Of a stretch of DNA of 64,000 nucleotides, positions 20,401 through 31,848 are shown one piece after another. The stretch lies in the NCBI RefSeq assembly GCF_963506605.1, contig NC_083289.1:30132001-30196000 (forward strand), written 5' to 3'. The notes under the pieces are model-generated. The model did not search any database, was not told the DNA's origin, and was given only the letters and a program-made list of their open reading frames with translations. Position numbers and translations under genes: made by a program. How positions within the stretch are numbered: the first letter of the stretch is position 1; each line of letters opens with the position of its first letter. The stretch comes from Zootoca vivipara (Eukaryota).

Positions 20401-23400
20401 CAGACTTGCTGCCAAAGAAAAATAAACCACCCAACTTTTGGCACAAAGCCCAGCAGAATCCTTCAGCAGTGCTCAGAAATTTTCATTTGAGCATTTTCGA
20501 GAAACTCAGAAAATTCTTGAGAAGTGCCCTTCAGGCAAAATAGGAAGCAATGCTCCTCTCAAGTCTCCCAGTCACTTTGAGCGCTAATGCTAAGGTAAAA
20601 TTGCTCTGCCCACTTTTCCCTACTGGCACATGGCCCTCCAAAAGTCACCTAAAAGGGAATGCACCCCAGGGCTTAACCAGGTTCCCATCAAAGAACAAGT
20701 CCCAAAAGATGTGGGGCTCCTACCTTCGTCTTGTATCTCTTGCCACATTTGGGGCAAGGATATGGCCGCTCATCAGAGTGAACCCTCCTGTGTCCCTTCA
20801 CATGCGCAATTGTTTTGTACAGCTTGCCGCAATCCCCACAACGGTACCGCCGCTCGTTCACATGCACTTCCTGGTGTTTTTTCAGCAAGTAGCCTTTGGT
20901 GAATCCTTTGCCACACTCTTCACATGGGAAAGGTTTGTAGTCTGGGCAAGAGGTGGAAAGTTTCACAAAAAAAAAAGGATTGGAGCAAGTGGAATGTCCA
21001 GTATTTATGACATGTGAAAATGCAAGGTGGTAGGATATCAAAGAAGAAACTGCCTTCATAGCCGCAGAGGAACTGCCCATAAATTTTCTGTTCGTAACAA
21101 AGACAGGTGCCTCAGGCATGAGGCTGATTTAGCCAGAGATCCCAGGGTTGACCTTTGCTCAGCCTTAAGCTAAACTTAAAGCCAGTATCTGCAACACTCA
21201 GCTAAATAAATTAGCAAGCCCGAAACATCTACCATTTTTGCTACTAGGGAATGATTTCTCAACAATTCCAAATTAGTAAGGATAATTCTGAGGCCTTTAA
21301 ACTATTTTTACACTTTTATGGTATCTTGCAGCAATGTGCAGCAATCTAACAGAGAAAATAAATCATTTGCATGCCACGGAAAGCCACCCAGCTGCAGCCT
21401 GATAAAACTGTGATTGTCCAAGGAAGCAATTTGTCCATGGATACCTTGACAAGACACAACAAGATGTCCCTTTACCGAAATGTCTGCTGATGTGCAGGTC
21501 AAGGGAGCTGTGATCCTGGAAGATTTCACTGCAGTAGGGGCACACCTGGCCCTCATCAGTCGGATCTGCATCTGGCTATGAGACAGAGGGGGGTGGCATA
21601 AGTACTTGACATTGCAAAAGTTTGAATCAAGGTATCCAATTTGAAAGGCAGCATATGCCATTGTTAAAGCAGCACTGAAGGCAGCAAAGGGGGCCCCAGA
21701 TCAGGTGTTAACCCGTATACAGCTGCACACCACCAAGACCTGTTGTCATGCATCAGCCAAACCTGAATTCATGAGAGGCGACTTAACTGAAATACAGGGG
21801 AAGCAGCTCCCCTGACAAACTTACAGTTTCTGCATGCTCGATCTTCACGTACTCCTCCTCACACAGCTTCTCGGGCATCTCCACCTCTTCGTTCTTTGAC
21901 TCCTCTGCACCAGTCACCTCATTGGCTTCATCTGATTTGGTCGCCTCCTCCATAGACACCTGTTCTATCACAATCCCAGAATTCCTCATGGCTTCCCTCA
22001 GCAAGTTCTCATTGTCATCTCCCTCAGGGGGCAGGTCCTCAGGATTTGAAGGCTAAAGAAAACCAGGGACAGATGCAGGGCAGTTAACTGCAAAGTAGAG
22101 ACCAGCTGTTTTAGCCCCAGAAGTTGCTAAAAGCTCTCTCTTAAGCCAGCATTCCTCAACATTTTGAACTCAGGAAACCACTGGCATCTCTTCTCCCGGG
22201 CCCCACAACCCATCAGAAAATGCAAAACATTCCCAGAGAATACCATATGCAAGGTTTAGATTGGGATTTAACCCAGTGTTGGTGTTAGAGGACTAGAATA
22301 TACCAGATTTCAGCCTAAATCCAATTCTGCTGCAAACAGAAACTCCTATATATTCCTTGCCTCTCTGCAATTTAGTTAGAATAGCCATTTTTGAGGAAGC
22401 GACATTAAACCCCTACCATTGGACCTGCTTGCTACAAAATCTTTTTACCCTCTGCAATTTTACAGTTATACACACTCAGTAGTGGCCGATCTTATAATTT
22501 GAGACCCACTCTCTTAAACAGAAAAACCAAACTCTGTTAGCAAATTGATCTCAGACGCCTGTGCAGAGCACACCAAAGGTTCTCAAATTTCTAAAGAGGG
22601 AGACATTATTTAGAACTGCTTGCTTTCTTGCAGATGAGCCTTGAGTTTTGATGCCTTGTGTTGGGCTTGAAATTCTCCAGGTAAAGATTTCAAAGCAAGA
22701 CTTCTTTAGAATTTTCTTTCCACCTAGCCCCTTGAGACTGGTCAGGCATGTTGTCTCATCATGCCAAACCCACAGCTGGAAATCAGTGTGTGTCTCTAGT
22801 CTAAGCCAAATGCCAACCTTTCCCTCATCATGGGTAGCACTAACCTCTTGGCCCAACAATTTCTCCTCTGTGATTGGGAGCTCCTGCACCTGGACGTGGA
22901 CTTCATGGAGGACATTCCCTTTTGCATCCGTCACTAAATGAATCACAGGAGGGGACTCCACAGACTGAGCTGCTAGCGAAGGAACAACCTCTACATTGGA
23001 GTCATTTGACCCTTCAAGAAAAACAGCAAACAAGAGTCTCAGCAAGCAGCCTAGTTCCCAAATATAACTTCCCACTTTGACGTCTTCTCTTCCCCCAGTA
23101 TCCAAAGCAATTTCCACTGTGTTTGCAATATTTCTGCATTTTCATGATGCTTTCTAATTGTCAAAGTACTTCAAACACCATTTTGTTTACAAGCAACTAT
23201 TTAAAGTAGGCATGTTGCGGGTTGTGGCATGCCTAAGGCCTCCTAGAGGCAAGACTTGGATTTCTGTATTCAGAGCCTACTTGCTTAGCCACCATGCTAC
23301 TCTACAAGAAAGGGCCTCTCAGAAAACAGAGGCAAAGTCACAGGGGACACCCCTCACATAAGGTCAGAAATGTCCCACCTTACTTGACTGCCTTCTAGAT

Positions 23401-26400
23401 CTGCCACAAACATGAGCTGCATCTTGCTTTGGAACAAGAGAGAATACTCTCAATGAAAGACAACAAAACTGTACAAACAGCAGGGCAAGCTGCTGGTTTT
23501 TTCACTGACCTGCTGCTAAATCCTCTTTGCTCACAACTATTTCCTTGTTCATATTGAAGCGGGTTTTCTCAGTACAAGGAGTCAAGGATTTCAGGTGCCG
23601 GGTCAAGGCTCCTGACTCTCGGAAGCTTTTCCCACATTTCTTGCACTTGTAAGGACGCTCATCTTAACAAGTTGAGAAGTAAAAGACAAGAATTATGACA
23701 TGGAAGAAAATGGCCCATGGACTCCAGCTAAGAAATCTTCCCTCTTCTGCTTCTCTCAGAGGAGGAAGCAGATGGGGATGACATGACTGGATCCTGATGG
23801 GATGTTCCTTTCATAGCATCCACAGTAGCATCCTTTTGGTAGTGCTAGCAAACTGGAGCCTTAGTGCATGGCTCTCATGCCTTCCATTGTCTCCAGCAGA
23901 GGGGGTTTGTCCGTTCTGACTCAATCATTATACACCAAGCATTGAGGGGTTTTCTATACACATAGCACCATTATGGATTTTATAACAAACCAATCTGTCC
24001 TCTCACCTGTATGACGACGATGGTGTCTGATCAGCGAGCCCTTGGTCCTGAAAGATGTCCCACATATCTTACACTCATAATCCTTCCTGCTGCTGTGAGT
24101 GATCATGTGAGCTTTGAGGATGCTGGCCTGGAGCAAGGAGAAAGGAACTATTGGTGATGCTGCCAGGCACACAGATCACCTGTTTTAACCAATGGAGAAT
24201 TTCAAGCTGCAGCTACACAAGCACACACATATATTCACACACAAAAACAAACATACAGTCGTACCTCGGAAGTCAAACGGAATCCGTTCTGGAAGTCCGT
24301 TCAACTTCCAAAACATTCAGGAACCAACGTGCAGCTTCCAAAGAACGTTTACAAACCGGAACAATCACTTCCGGGTTTGCACCATTTGGAAGCCAAAACA
24401 TTTGACTCGCAAGGCATTCAACTTCCGAGGTACGACTGTATAGGCAAAAATGATGGAGAATACATAAGTTAAAATCTGGTTTCGATTTTGAAGGTTTGGC
24501 AACATTTTACTTGTATTCAGATTCGAGTTTTTTACTTGTCTATTGCAAGCCACCCAAATGCCATGAATAAATAAATCTGTAAATAAATAAATGCAAATAT
24601 CTACAGTATTTTCTCATTTGTCCAACACTACCTTATACGATCTGGTACAAACTTCAAACATACCGTTTTGAATGTCTTGTGGCACAGTTCACAGACGTAT
24701 CGGCCTTCTTTATTAACCAACAGCTTAACTTTGATGAGCTCCATGGAGGCCCCTTCTTCTGGGCCTCCAGGACTGTCCTGCCCCTCTCCAGTGTCACCAT
24801 CAGTGTGGCCATTTGGGCTTTCAAATACATGGTCTCCAGCTACAATGACTTCTTTGATGTGCCCACTATCTGCAACCAGAACACTACACAGTAAACCAGA
24901 TACTGTCAAACCATACAAACTATCAAAGTCTGCATAAAGGTCTTATGACAATGACCACTTTGATTCTTGTCATAATACTGTCTTGCATAATTTTTTCACT
25001 GCAAGCGCATTTGATAGTTTTACTAAGTTATTCCTCACAACCCCAAATTCTCTTTCCTGGACAGCCAGTTCATTGCACCCAGAACTTGGGGTTCTTTTCT
25101 CCTAACTTATGTACCTCAGTTTGCACTCAGCTTACATTGATCCTCATTTGCCATTCTGCTGCCTGTTCACCTGGTTTGGAGAACCCATCACATTTCTCAT
25201 TTTTGGCTTGGATTTTCATCATCCTGCATAATTTGGTTTCATCTGGAAACTTTGCTGCTTCATCAAACCCCAGGTTAATTATTAGAGTTTAATAGTTTTG
25301 GTCCCTGAGCAACAACACTGCATTTTCCTCTGTTGTGAAAACTGTTTACTCCTACAATCTGTTTGCTGTTCTTTCACCAGTTATCTATCCCCATGACAAG
25401 CTGTGAATGGAAAGGTTACTTAGGAGCTTTTATTAGGGGGTTTTGTCAAAGGATTATGGAATTCAAGCTTATATTGTTTGATTGACCTTTATGTACTTGC
25501 TACAAGTTTATTGACACACTCAAAATACCTCAGAAATTTTGGTGAACCTACCTAGTATTGCAGATGTATTGCTGATTTCTTCTGTTATTGGAGAAGCTTC
25601 AACAACTATATGAGCTACAGTTATAGGCTCTTCAACAGATGAAATGACCTGTGCAGCAAACTGAGTTTTAGTAAGAGAATGCATTTTGCAACAGTTATAG
25701 CCAAACAGTGAGAGATGCAAAATTTAAAATATTTCTCTGCTCACAGTTTATTCACTCTTCACCAAAGTGATGGAGAATTTCCCTAGTGCAGCCAAACACC
25801 TAAGACAGGCATCTCCAAACTGCGGCCCTCCAGATGTTTTGGCCTACAACTCCCATGATCCCTAGTTAACAGGACCAGTGGTCGGGGAAGATGGGAATTG
25901 TAGTCCAAAACATCTGGAGTCCCGAAGTTTGGGGGTGCCTGACCTAAGAGGTTTGTTGTTTACACCAAACAAGTGTTGCTTGCAAAGGAACACCTGGGAG
26001 CTCCTTTTGAGGTTCAGTGGTTCCTTTGGAATCATGTTCATAGACGCCTTAAAACCTAACATCGGGTGTGGAGGTGTGCTTTGGAGGAAATGGCTTCACA
26101 AGTCAAACTAAGAGCCATGCCAGGCCCAATTAGGCCCACTGGCCAGAGGCTTCCCACTACTGATTTCAACAGTAGCCTGTTGACTTACTCTGCCACTCTT
26201 GCAGTAGGACTTTTGAAAAAAAGACATCTCTGTGAATTTTCCAGGCATCACACCTAAGCCTCCCCCAAACCCATCCAGTAATTACCCAAATTACTACTAG
26301 AGCAATATTAGGGAAGCGGGTGGCGCTGTGGGTTAAACCACAGAGCCCAGGGGCTTGCCGATCAGAAGGTCGGTGGTTCGAATCCCCGCGACGGGGTGAG

Positions 26401-28094
26401 CTCCCGTTGTTTGGTCCCAGCTCCTGCCAACCTAGCAGTTCGAAAGCACATCAAAGTGCAAGTAGATAGATAGGTCTGGCGGGAAGGTAAACAGTGTTTC
26501 CGTGTGCTGCTCTGGTTCGCCAGAAGCAGCTTTGTCATGACCTGGAAACTGTACGCTGGCTCCCTTGGCCAATAACGCGAGATGACCGCCGCAACCCCAG
26601 AGTCCGTCACGACTGGACCTAATGGTCAGGGGTCCCTTTACCTTTACCAGAGTAATATTGTCATGCGTTTCCCCCACCCACTGCCCTCAATGAGAAAACT
26701 TGTCCTAGCAAGCAGTCTCAGGGCTAGAAGAGAATCCAGCCATCGCCTTCTCAGGAAACTTGCCGGGGTTGTTACTGCTGTAGTATCTTGTTGCCTCTGG
26801 CAAAGCTTTTGTAATTTGTGCTGTACAAATTCTTCCAAAGAAGTGAACTCTGACTGGCACCGACCACACTTGTGCCTGTCATCTTCATCTAAAATTCAAA
26901 GGATAAGAAAACTGTCACCATCTTCAGATGGAATAACAAGACTATTTAAAGACAAAGCATTCAGACCAGCTGGTTTCTAGTTTATATTGGTCATTATATG
27001 ATTGGAAGTTGTATAAATTGGGTGCTGGCAAGCAGCTGATAGGATAGCTTGAGGACACACCCTGATATAAAAGCATCCAGTAAATGTGAAAACACAAGCT
27101 GAGAAGAATTTAACATTGATTAAGATTAGAACTTGATTTTGCAATGCTTAATAAGGGTCAAGTGCAAAAAGGGGCAGAGCTCCTGCACCCTAAAAAGCTG
27201 TGTAGAAGAGAATTTCAATACAGCAGTTTGCACAACAAGTTACACTGCTGAAATCCCCATTCCCAGCACTTCCACTGTCCTCTCTTGCATGTGACCATGA
27301 AATGCATGCTTTCTCATAGAAAAGATGTAGGCAGGAGCTATTTTACAACTGAACAACTCTGGCTAAGAAACAAGCTTGTCATGTTACTTTTCTGACTTAG
27401 GCACATTAGAAGAAACAGTGTTCCTGATCATCCACATCCATGCTGTTTAAAAGAACAGGTGTTGGGCTAGATTAGAAAGAAATGAAACTTCGGGGACATA
27501 GACTCTGAAACCTCACTGCAGCTTTTGCAGACCTGCCACCCTCCAAATGTCTTGGACTACAACTCCCATCAACCCCAAGCATGGCCACGTTGACTGAGGC
27601 TCAGAGAGTAGTAGTTCTGAGAGTAGTAGAGGCTGGAAGCGAGGAACCCGAGGGATGCTGCGTGGCACCCTTTCCCCAAGGCGACGCTTGCCATTCCTCG
27701 CTTCAAAGCAGGAGGAGCGCAGGCGCGACAGCGTAATTCTCAGAAGAGAGAGGCCTCCACTCCCCCATCGTATTGGCCTTCGCCTTTATTCGGTGGCTTA
27801 ACGAGCTGCTGCATCGACCAAGCCCAAGAGCGGGCTGCGCAAAGAGCTGAGGGGACCACGGGCACCCATTCCTCCTCGGGAGGGACATTAGTTTAGAGAG
27901 AGTAAGTGACCCCCTCCCCCCCCATCCCTGCCTGCCAAGCCGGTACCTTCTTCACCGAAAGGCGCCGGGAGACTGAGGAAGGCGGCGGGCCCCTGGTTCG
28001 CGCCGGAGACAGCCTCAGCCGCACACTCCTGTCCCCGTGGCCCAACTGCCGTAAGCCCCGCCGGCCCAGCGCTCGTTGCCATCGCGGCCTCCAT
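17082..28094 (-). CDS. E4F1: Transcription factor E4F1, spliced CDS complement(join(17082..17435,18918..18980,19310..19470,19981..20179,20724..20941,21476..21575,21825..22052,22845..23011,23510..23662,24007..24127,24664..24869,25552..25648,26764..26888,27947..28094)), ~779 aa
   Basis: E4F1 hallmarks: EEDEDDRHKCGRCQSEFT, EEPITVAHIVVEA, LLVNKEGRYVCELCHKTFKT, multiple C2H2 fingers, VLVEFSSVVADTQEYIIE, C-terminal IAIATPESLTEQVAMTLASAI...EVQTVIV. Phases are consistent; the exon 2 donor is uncertain (GC vs weak GT). Confidence 0.94.
18291..18914. mobile_element. Non-autonomous TcMar (Tc2-like) element in the last E4F1 intron, abutting the exon 13 donor
   Basis: TIR CCGTATTTTT(T)CGGACCATAACACG at both ends; TA on the right, CA on the left. 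Confidence 0.88.
18918..18980 (-). CDS. E4F1: E4F1 exon 13 (63 nt)
   Basis: ttttag|ACA; TATEEMETTEAAEIIEGTRHE; GAG|gtaccg, donor partly made of the MITE end. Confidence 0.9.
19310..19470 (-). CDS. E4F1: E4F1 exon 12
   Basis: GGCLLALKE...VISEDPPTVLVEFSSVVADTQEYIIE|gtaact. Confidence 0.93.
19981..20179 (-). CDS. E4F1: E4F1 exon 11
   Basis: NAQQVHYRTHLDDKPY...[29 protein letters not shown]. Confidence 0.96.
20724..20941 (-). CDS. E4F1: E4F1 exon 10
   Basis: YKPFPCEECGKGFTKGYLLKKHQEVH...CPKCGKRYKTK|gtagga. Confidence 0.96.
21476..21575 (-). CDS. E4F1: E4F1 exon 9
   Basis: PDADPTDEGQVCPYCSEIFQDHSSLDLHISRHF; G|gtaaag. Confidence 0.88.
21825..22052 (-). CDS. E4F1: E4F1 exon 8
   Basis: PSNPEDLPPEGDDNENLLREAMRNSGIVIEQ...HAET|gtaagt. 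Confidence 0.9.
22845..23011 (-). CDS. E4F1: E4F1 exon 7
   Basis: SPPVIHLVTDAKGNVLHEVHVQVQELP; GAG|gttagt. Confidence 0.9.
23510..23662 (-). CDS. E4F1: E4F1 exon 6
   Basis: DERPYKCKKCGKSFRESGALTRHLKSLTPCTEKTRF; translated by hand, absent from the ORF track. Confidence 0.93.
24007..24127 (-). CDS. E4F1: E4F1 exon 5
   Basis: ASILKAHMITHSSRKDYECKICGTSFRTKGSLIRHHRRHT; GT-AG flanks. Confidence 0.95.
24256..24438. mobile_element. Tigger/pogo-like MITE
   Basis: TA|CAGTCGTACCTCGGAAGT ... ACTTCCGAGGTACGACTG|TA. Confidence 0.88.
24664..24869 (-). CDS. E4F1: E4F1 exon 4
   Basis: SGHIKEVIVAG...KLLVNKEGRYVCELCHKTFKT|gtatgt. Confidence 0.92.
25552..25648 (-). CDS. E4F1: E4F1 exon 3
   Basis: acag|GTC; VISSVEEPITVAHIVVEASPITEEISNTSAIL; G|gtaggt. 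Confidence 0.9.
25806..25941 (-). mobile_element. hAT-type MITE (136-bp family B)
   Basis: CAGGCA...TGCCTG TIR, 8-bp TSD acctaaga. Confidence 0.9.
26311..26646 (+). mobile_element. Sauria-type SINE
   Basis: A box TGGCGCTGTGG, B box GGTTCGAATCC, (CCTTTA)n tail, TSD agag(c/t)aatatt. Confidence 0.9.
26764..26888 (-). CDS. E4F1: E4F1 exon 2
   Basis: ttttag|AT GAA GAT GAC; DEDDRHKCGRCQSEFTSLEEFVQHKLQK; 3' end at CCG|gcaagt (alternative end 26776). Confidence 0.8.
27947..28094 (-). CDS. E4F1: E4F1 exon 1 coding part
   Basis: MEAAMATSAG...AFLSLPAPFGEE; donor GAAG|gtaccg; an in-frame upstream ATG also exists at 28115. Confidence 0.88.
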
Positions 28095-28099
28095 GTCGC

Positions 28100-28628
28100 A
28101 AGGCGCCGCAACCATCAAGATGGCGGCTTTACGGCCGTGTCGTCATAACAACGAGCCCGGCGCCGCCACGGGGCGGGGCCACAGAGCCCGAACTTTTGCC
28201 AATTGAGGCGAAGCTCGGGGTTTCCTCTCCTCAGCTCACCTGAAGTGGGCAGGGCCACCACGGCACCGCAGCCAATGAGGAGCAAGGGCGGAAAGACTCT
28301 ATTTCGGCTAGGCCAATGGGAACCTCGCAAATGCGGACGAAGCCCGAGCAAACGAAGCGAGGAGACGGCGTCTCACCCAATAGCAAACTGGCTTCGCTTC
28401 ATCTCGGCCAATAAAACAGCTACGGTGAGCGGGGCTCAGGCAGGGGTCTAAAGGCTGCGGTCACCTCACTCTCTCCCTCAAGGCGCAAGATGAGGCGGAG
28501 CCTGAAAAACTGGCCCCGCCCAATCAGCGCCAGCTCGCGCCGCCTCCCAGCCAATCGACGTCAAGGAGAAGTCGTGAGAAGAAAGCAGCGCCGGTTTCTC
28601 TCAGTCCGTCCATCCCAGCAGGTCCGCG
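28100..28628. promoter_or_regulatory. Bidirectional CpG-island promoter shared by E4F1 (-) and PGP (+)
   Basis: ATGs ~535 bp apart; seven CCAAT boxes, GC box 28170-28179, YY1 motif CAAGATGGCGGC 28116-28127, CRE-like GACGTCA 28557-28563. Confidence 0.88.
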
Positions 28629-29226
28629 ATGACGAAGCGGTGCGAACGGCTGGGATCGTCGGCCGCGGCGCGGTCGGCGCTACGGGACGCGAAGGCGGTG
28701 CTGTTCGACTGCGACGGGGTGCTGTGGCGGGGCGAGGCGGCGATTACCGGTGCGGCGGAGGCGCTGGGCCGCCTGGCGGGCGCCGGGAAGCAGCTGTGCT
28801 ACGTGACCAATAACTCTTCGCGCACGCGCCAGGCCTACGTGGAGAAGTTACAGCGCCTGGGCTTCCCGCCGGCCGAGACGCGGCAGGTCTTCGGCTCCGC
28901 CTACTGCGCCGCGCGCTACTTGAGCCACGCCCTTCCTGCAGGAGGCGCCGCCTACGTGCTGGGCGGGGCCGCCCTCAGCGCCGAGCTGGAGGCGGTAGGC
29001 GTGGCGCACCTGGGCGCGGGCCCCGCCCCCGAACCGGGGTCCGCCAACTTTGGCTCCCGCGCCCCGCTCGATCCTTCTGTGCGGGCGGTCCTGGTGGGTT
29101 ACGACGAGCACTTCAGTTACGGCAAGCTCTGCCTGGCCCTGCGCTACCTGATGCGCGACGGGTGTCTCCTGGTGGGCACCAACCGAGACAACCGTCTGCC
29201 GCTCGAGGGAGGGAGCGCCGTCCCCG
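28629..29226 (+). CDS. PGP: PGP exon 1
   Basis: ATG 28629 to GTCCCCG|gtgcgt. Confidence 0.93.
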
Positions 29227-31848
29227 GTGCGTACACGCGTGTTCTTGTGTATGTGCGCGCGCTCCCGCGTGCTTAAGTGCGTCAGACCGCATTTGAGCTC
29301 CAGCTGAGCGCGACCGTCCGGAAGGGTACAGGTGGCTGAGCGAGCATAGGACGTGACTGGGGACACGTTCACACGCTCACATTTAAAGCGCTACAATATC
29401 ACTTGAACAGCCACAGTTTTTCCTAAAGAAAGCTGGGAGCTGTGGTTAAAGGTGCCGAGGGTTGTCAGTAGACCTCTAGTTGCCTCAATTCACAGTGTAG
29501 TGTGACAATCAGTCCCTCATCCAAGGGAGCTCTGGGAATTGTAGCTATGTGAAGTGAATGGTGGTCTAGCAATGCTCAGCACTCTTAACAATATATCATG
29601 GCACCGAGAAGTCTTTGGGCAAAGCCACAAGTATTTAAAGTGGTGTACTGCTTTAAATGTACAGTGTCAATTTTGGCCTGTGTCTGGCTACATCTGAGTG
29701 CATGCAGAATGTGATAGGCGCAGGCCATAGCTGTCAAGTTTTCCCTTTTCTCATGAGGAAGCCTATTCAGCATAAGAGAATTTCCCTTTAAAAAAGGAGA
29801 ACTTGACCGGCTGAGTAGGGAAGTAAGTAAAGTGTCTCCCTTGCCTTTCCCCTGCAGGAATGTTGCTTTTTAATGTTTTAAAACATATTTTGTTATCCTG
29901 TATCTGTGTATTGGAAGCAATTTTTGAAATCCAGCCCATTTTTTATCATCACTACCCTGTTGAGATAGAGGGGTCAGCAAACTTTTTCAGCAGGGGGCCA
30001 GTCCACTGTCCCTCAGACATGGGGGGGGGGAGACTATATTTTGAAGGAAAAAAATGAATGAATTTCTATGTCCCACAAATAGCCCAGAGATGCATTTTAA
30101 ATAAAAGGACACATTCTACTCATGTAAAAACATGCTGATTCCCGGACCATCCACGGGCCGGATTGAGAAGGCGATTGGGCTGCATCCGGCCCCTGGGCCT
30201 TAGTTTGGGGACCCCTGGTTACGTAGTCCTAAATTACTCAGTGAGCATAGAGAGCTTATACCTCATCTCAGGTCAAGACTAACCCTCATCCCAAACTTCC
30301 TCTAGCCCATTTGTTCAACTCCTGTTGGCCCTCATTAGTATGGTTAAGTGTGAGGAATGATGGGAGCTGTAATTAGGAACAGAGGATGCTCCCTTAGATC
30401 ATTAGCCTCTCTAGTTCAGGACCTGCTACATTGGTAACTGCTTTCCAGCATCAGTTCTTTTATGGTATGTGGGCAGCACACTGCAACAACCTTTCCCAAC
30501 TTAGTGCCCTTCAGATGTTGCTTGGCGAATAGCTGTAGCTTAATAGTAGAGCACTTGTCCTGAATGCAGAATGTGCCAGATTCAGTTTTTGGATTATTTA
30601 TTGGAAGCTGTGACTCCATCTGTCCTTCACCTGATGTCACATTTGGTGTAGTGTCTGTGGTAGGTGTTCATGGTTTGGGGAAAATGGCCTCGTGAGCCAA
30701 TCTGGAACCCATGCCAGGCCTAATTAGCCCCATGGGTTGTAGGGTCTCCATGTCTGGGTTGGACAAAAAGTTGAAAAGCAGAAGCAGAGATACCATTGGT
30801 AGTGGATGAACACACATGAAAGAGAGGTAGGAGCCCTAAAATGAAGACAAAGTTCTGATTGGGTGAAGACAGGTGGAGGCCTTTCTGATGAGGAGGGCCT
30901 TGCTAGGCCCACCACACTAGCTGCTTCCTGATATGTGGGCAGATGTTTTCATTTTAAAAAAAATGTTTAATGTCTTTTATCTGGGTGAATAGTTGCTTCA
31001 GGTGTAAAAAAAGTGCCCACAGGTGTAAAAAAAGTGCCCACAGTTGTTTTGCTCTCAATTGGGTCTCTTCAGCATTTGTCAGACACCATGGTATGACCAT
31101 CCTATGTCAGTCTTTAACTGTGGGGGTTGTCCAGTGGAATGTACCGACTAGTGGCTGTTATGGAGTACCAACAGCTACTTTAAAATGGTGCAGAGATTAT
31201 GATAGATGTGGGCTGGGGGGGATCATCTGTGAGGCTTGGCAGATTTGACCTGAAAAATTGCCTTTAACATTTCTGAGGAACAGAACTTTACATTGTTCAG
31301 CCAATGTGGGGGTGACACTGTTTTCTGTATGATTCCCTGCTTGGGTATTGCTCAGCGCATGACTAGTGTTTGCCTTCTTTACTAGTACAACATAGCTGGG
31401 TTCTCACAGCTCAGCTGGCTTCCCCCACTGACAGGCTTTATAGACTTCTGAGATGAGTTTTGGGTTTGCACTTGTTCATCAATGCTGTATCTGGCTCACA
31501 ATTGCTTTGCTTCTCTTTTTAGGAACTGGCTGCCTTGTCAAAGCAGTGGAGACGGCAGCAGAGCGTGAAGCATTCATCATCGGCAAGCCCAACCGCTACA
31601 TCTTTGAGTGTGTGGGCAAGGAGTTCAATATCGATCCTGCTCGCACCATCATGGTCGGCGACCGCTTGGACACAGACATCCTCATGGGCAACAACTGCGG
31701 CTTGACAACTCTTCTGACCCTCACAGGGGTCTCCACCCTAGAAGAAGTAAAAGGTCACTTAGAGAGTGATTGTCCTGAGCGGAGAAACCTAGTCCCCGAT
31801 TACTATGTTGATAGCATAGCCGACCTTCTCCCCACCCTCCAGGATTAA
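28629..31848 (+). CDS. PGP: Phosphoglycolate/glycerol-3-phosphate phosphatase (HAD family), join(28629..29226,31523..31848), 307 aa
   Basis: HAD motifs [30 protein letters not shown]; C-terminal [14 protein letters not shown]; phase-1 GT-AG intron; conserved position next to E4F1. Confidence 0.95.
29967..30216 (+). mobile_element. hAT-type MITE family A in the PGP intron
   Basis: Near-identical to 8987-9235. Confidence 0.85.
31523..31848 (+). CDS. PGP: PGP exon 2 coding part
   Basis: ttttag|GA ACT GGC; [23 protein letters not shown]...TAA; long AU-rich 3' UTR with ATTAAA 33798 and AATAAA 33894. Confidence 0.95.

Noticed and set aside
28848-29372. 174-aa antisense ORF over PGP exon 1
   Set aside because: Shadow frame of a GC-rich coding exon.
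30999-31041. 21-bp tandem duplication in the PGP intron (a similar one lies at about 37279-37320)
   Set aside because: Ordinary local slippage duplications with no sign of function.
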